Under the pieces are notes generated by a model. That model was not told the origin of the DNA, did not search any database, and was given only the letters and a program-made list of their open reading frames with translations. From Dehalococcoidia bacterium (GTDB taxonomy: Bacteria > Chloroflexota > Dehalococcoidia > WHTO01), in contig DASTBR010000074.1 in assembly GCA_035711945.1 (NCBI GenBank), forward strand, positions 1-39,433: a DNA stretch of 39,433 nt, read 5' to 3'. Positions 36,894-39,433 of this stretch are shown one piece after another (positions within the stretch are counted from its first letter, which is position 1; each line of letters begins with the position of its first letter). Made by a program: the position numbers and the translations under genes.

Positions 36894-38080
36894 CGCGGGG
36901 TCGACCTCAGGCGCCAGTTGATGGTGTTCATCACGAGGGAAATGGTCAGGCTGAGGGTCAGATAGGTGGCCATGACCAGCACCACCATTGAGACGGCCTC
37001 TCCGGTCTGGTTGATGATGGTCCTGCTGACACTGACCAACTCTGGAAAGGCGATCGCCACCGCGAGGCTCGAGTTCTTTGTCAGGTTGAGATACTGATTC
37101 GTCAGCGGCGGGATCATAATCCGCAGCGCCTGGGGCAACACCACCAGGTTCAACCTCTGGAAGAAGTTCAGACCCAGGGCCGCGGCAGCCTCGGTCTGCC
37201 CTCTCGGAATGGCAAGGATGCTGCCGCGGACGACCTCGGCGATAAAGGCGCCCGTGTAGAGCACGAGGGCGACCAGCAGGGCCGCGAACTCAGGGCTCAT
37301 CTGCAGGCCACCTGCGTAAGAGCGCTCGCCTCTCTCAGGTATGTCCACGGAGACGGGCAGACCACTGATCACGAATCCGACCGCCGCTATCCCCGCGAAG
37401 ACTGCCAACGCGGTCCAGCCCGGATAACGCTGTTGCCCGGTGCGCTCCTGTCGCCGGCCCAGCCAGATGCGCACCGCCAGCCCGGCAGCAAGACCGACCA
37501 GCGCGAAGGCGAGGAAGAGGTTGACGCCCTCGTCGGTGCTCAAAGAAGGTATTGCAGCTGCGCGGTTCGAGACGAAGGCCACGTCGAAGAACGAGATGCT
37601 CTCCGAGATCGCGGGCAGCTGAAGAAAGACGGCCGAGTACCAGAACACGAGTTGCACGATGAGCGGTGTGTTGCGAAAGACCTCGACATAGGCAGTGGCC
37701 AGACGCGAGACGAGCCAGTTACGCGAAAGTCGGGCTACGCCGGCAATCAGCCCGACGATTGACGCCAGCACGATGCCGATGACGGCCACTCGAACGGTGT
37801 TTAGCAAGCCGAGGACATAGGCGTCGCGATAGCTGTTGTTCGCCCCGTAGTCCTGGAGGTCGAACGGGTTGGAAAGGTCGGGGATCGTCTTGCCTTCGGC
37901 GCCGAACCCTGCTCGCCGGCCCATGAAGTCGTAACCGAAGCCGAGGTCGAAGGCGCGTTCGAGGATGAAATTAAGCAGCACCAGCACGCCAAGTGCGAAC
38001 ACCACCTGGAAAGCGATGCGCCGAAACCTGGCGTTACGCCAGAAGGCAACGGGACTCTTCGCTGCTGTTATCGCCGCCAT
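36890..38080 (-). CDS. aapQ: Amino-acid ABC transporter permease (AapQ/BztB-like, long form)
   Basis: 396 aa with the core YVEVFRNTPLIVQLVF...EAAAALGL. It overlaps aapM by 4 nt. Confidence 0.8.
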   Translation of the reverse strand: MAAITAAKSPVAFWRNARFRRIAFQVVFALGVLVLLNFILERAFDLGFGYDFMGRRAGFGAEGKTIPDLSNPFDLQDYGANNSYRDAYVLGLLNTVRVAVIGIVLASIVGLIAGVARLSRNWLVSRLATAYVEVFRNTPLIVQLVFWYSAVFLQLPAISESISFFDVAFVSNRAAAIPSLSTDEGVNLFLAFALVGLAAGLAVRIWLGRRQERTGQQRYPGWTALAVFAGIAAVGFVISGLPVSVDIPERGERSYAGGLQMSPEFAALLVALVLYTGAFIAEVVRGSILAIPRGQTEAAAALGLNFFQRLNLVVLPQALRIMIPPLTNQYLNLTKNSSLAVAIAFPELVSVSRTIINQTGEAVSMVVLVMATYLTLSLTISLVMNTINWRLRSTPR

Positions 38081-38092
38081 ACGTTCGCCTGA

Positions 38093-38118
38093 GGGCAGCC
38101 CCGCACTCGGGGCTGCCC
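38093..38118 (-). promoter_or_regulatory. Intercistronic stem-loop between the binding-protein and permease genes
   Basis: Perfect 10-bp GC-rich stem GGGCAGCCCC / GGGGCTGCCC with a 6-nt loop and no U-tract. Confidence 0.6.
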
Positions 38119-38134
38119 CTATAAAGTCGAGTTC

Positions 38135-39271
38135 CTAACGCCAGGGCGGCGCGTAGATCAATCCCCCGTCGGTCCAGAGTGCGTTCAGCGTGCCCTCACG
38201 CTCGAGACCGAGTTGCTCCACCAGGTGACGTGCGTAGACCTCACCGTAGTTACCGATCTGGCGAATGACTTCCTGCATGAAGGTCGGGTCGATGCCGAGG
38301 CCGGGGTCAAACACCTCCTCCGCTCCACCTTCCTCCGCCGCGAAGGGCACGCCGAGCAGCCGCGCGACCTCTGGATTACCCGGATTTTCGATGAAATCGT
38401 CGATGTTCTGACTCGTGATCCCGAATTCCTCGGCGATGATCATGCCGTTGACGATCCAGCGGACGACGTCGGACCATTGTGCGTCGTCGGCCCGAGTTGC
38501 AGGTCCAAGCGGCTCTTTCGAGAAGGTCTCTTCAAGGACTACGCAGCAGCTTGGATCAGGCAGCGCCGAACGCACGCCCGCAAGCTGCGACTTGTCCGAA
38601 GTCCAGCCGTCACACCGGCCCTCCAGGAACGCGGGCTGGATGTCTTCGGGTGTCTCAAAGGTCAACGGGGTGAAGTCGAGGCCCGCAGCTTCAAAGCGGT
38701 CGGCAAGGTTTTGCTCGGTCGTTGTGCCCTGCGTCACGCAGATCGTCGTGCCCGACATGTCATCGACCGACTCGAACTCGCCCACGCGCACCATCATCCC
38801 CTGTCCGTCATAGAAGTTGACATTGGTGAAGGTCAGGTCGAGGTCAGCGTCACGGCTGACAGTCCAGGTTGAGTTGCGGATCAGGAGGTCCACCTCGCCA
38901 GACGCGAGCACCTCGAATCGCGTCTCGGCTGTCGTTGCGGTGAACTCAACTGCTTCGGAGTCGCCAAAGAGGGCGGCGGCCACGGCACGGCAGAAGTCGA
39001 TGTCGAAGCCCTCGAACTCACCCTCGGGGTTAACAAAGCCGAAACCGGGAACGGTGTCGTTCACCCCGCAGCGGAGGACGCCACGGTCCAGCACCTCGGC
39101 CAGGGTATCGCCCGCTCCTCCGCCGCCCGTATCCTCCTCTTGCGTTTCTCCCTCGTCTCCTGCTGCCGGCTGATCATCATCGTCGTCGTCATCGTCGTCG
39201 CCGAATGGATCGCAGGCGCCCAACGCCAGCGCCAGCACACCGATTAACAGTGCCACCAGAAGTGGTCTCAT
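38135..39271 (-). CDS. aapJ: Amino-acid ABC transporter substrate-binding lipoprotein (AapJ/BztA-like)
   Basis: Signal peptide with lipobox LALGAC, then DPFGDDDDDDDDDQPAAGDEGETQEEDTGGGG, then a type-3 periplasmic binding fold (VLRCGVND..GFGF..DIDFCRAVAAA). Confidence 0.8.
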   Translation of the reverse strand: MRPLLVALLIGVLALALGACDPFGDDDDDDDDDQPAAGDEGETQEEDTGGGGAGDTLAEVLDRGVLRCGVNDTVPGFGFVNPEGEFEGFDIDFCRAVAAALFGDSEAVEFTATTAETRFEVLASGEVDLLIRNSTWTVSRDADLDLTFTNVNFYDGQGMMVRVGEFESVDDMSGTTICVTQGTTTEQNLADRFEAAGLDFTPLTFETPEDIQPAFLEGRCDGWTSDKSQLAGVRSALPDPSCCVVLEETFSKEPLGPATRADDAQWSDVVRWIVNGMIIAEEFGITSQNIDDFIENPGNPEVARLLGVPFAAEEGGAEEVFDPGLGIDPTFMQEVIRQIGNYGEVYARHLVEQLGLEREGTLNALWTDGGLIYAPPWR

Positions 39272-39433
39272 ACAGTACCCCCTTTATGTCGCCCGCAGCC
39301 GGCTGCCTGAACCACGAGGGAGGAAGGGGCGCAGATTCCGCGACGGGCTCCACGGAGTATCTTGACTGCTTTGGTCGCGCTGTCAAACCGCCCTGAGTCA
39401 CGAGAAGCCAACCGAACCCCGATAGAATGAGCC

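Noticed and set aside
39356-39386. Promoter for the aap operon (minus TTGACA at 39386-39381 with AAGATA or GATACT downstream)
   Set aside because: The -35 is perfect. But the 17-nt-spaced -10 (AAGATA) is weak, and the better hexamer (GATACT) needs a 19-nt spacer. This is too uncertain to list as a feature.

Overview
GC-rich bacterial chromosomal window. About 55% of it (12940-34728, minus strand) is one uninterrupted co-directional run of translation genes. The order is rpsL-rpsG-fusA, then S10, spc and alpha operon genes with secY-adk-map-infA-rpmJ embedded, then truA-rplM-rpsI. It has an rpsL promoter at one end and an rpsI terminator at the other. tuf is absent from its usual fusA-rpsJ position. 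The left flank (1-12.9 kb) is accessory-like: pgeF, a helix-hairpin-helix membrane protein, two alpha/beta hydrolases, a CGNR zinc-finger regulator with a clear palindromic operator, a GNAT, an MFS transporter, an F420 pair (npdG-like reductase plus standalone cofE) and a NitT/TauT-type ABC importer. The most unusual locus is also here: one ORF fuses an ECF sigma factor, a zinc anti-sigma (HxxxCxxC) domain, a membrane anchor and an extracytoplasmic domain made of 48-bp / 16-aa two-cysteine tandem repeats. A small GH23 lysozyme-like gene follows it. The right flank is an AapJQMP-type amino-acid ABC operon. The second notable theme is long acidic low-complexity extensions on many core proteins (L3, S3, S17, S5, L4, RpoA). 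I saw no rRNA, tRNA, CRISPR or mobile elements. The long antisense ORFs in the track are GC-driven shadows. Lineage (F420-using Chloroflexota-like or deep Actinomycetota-like) is only an inference.
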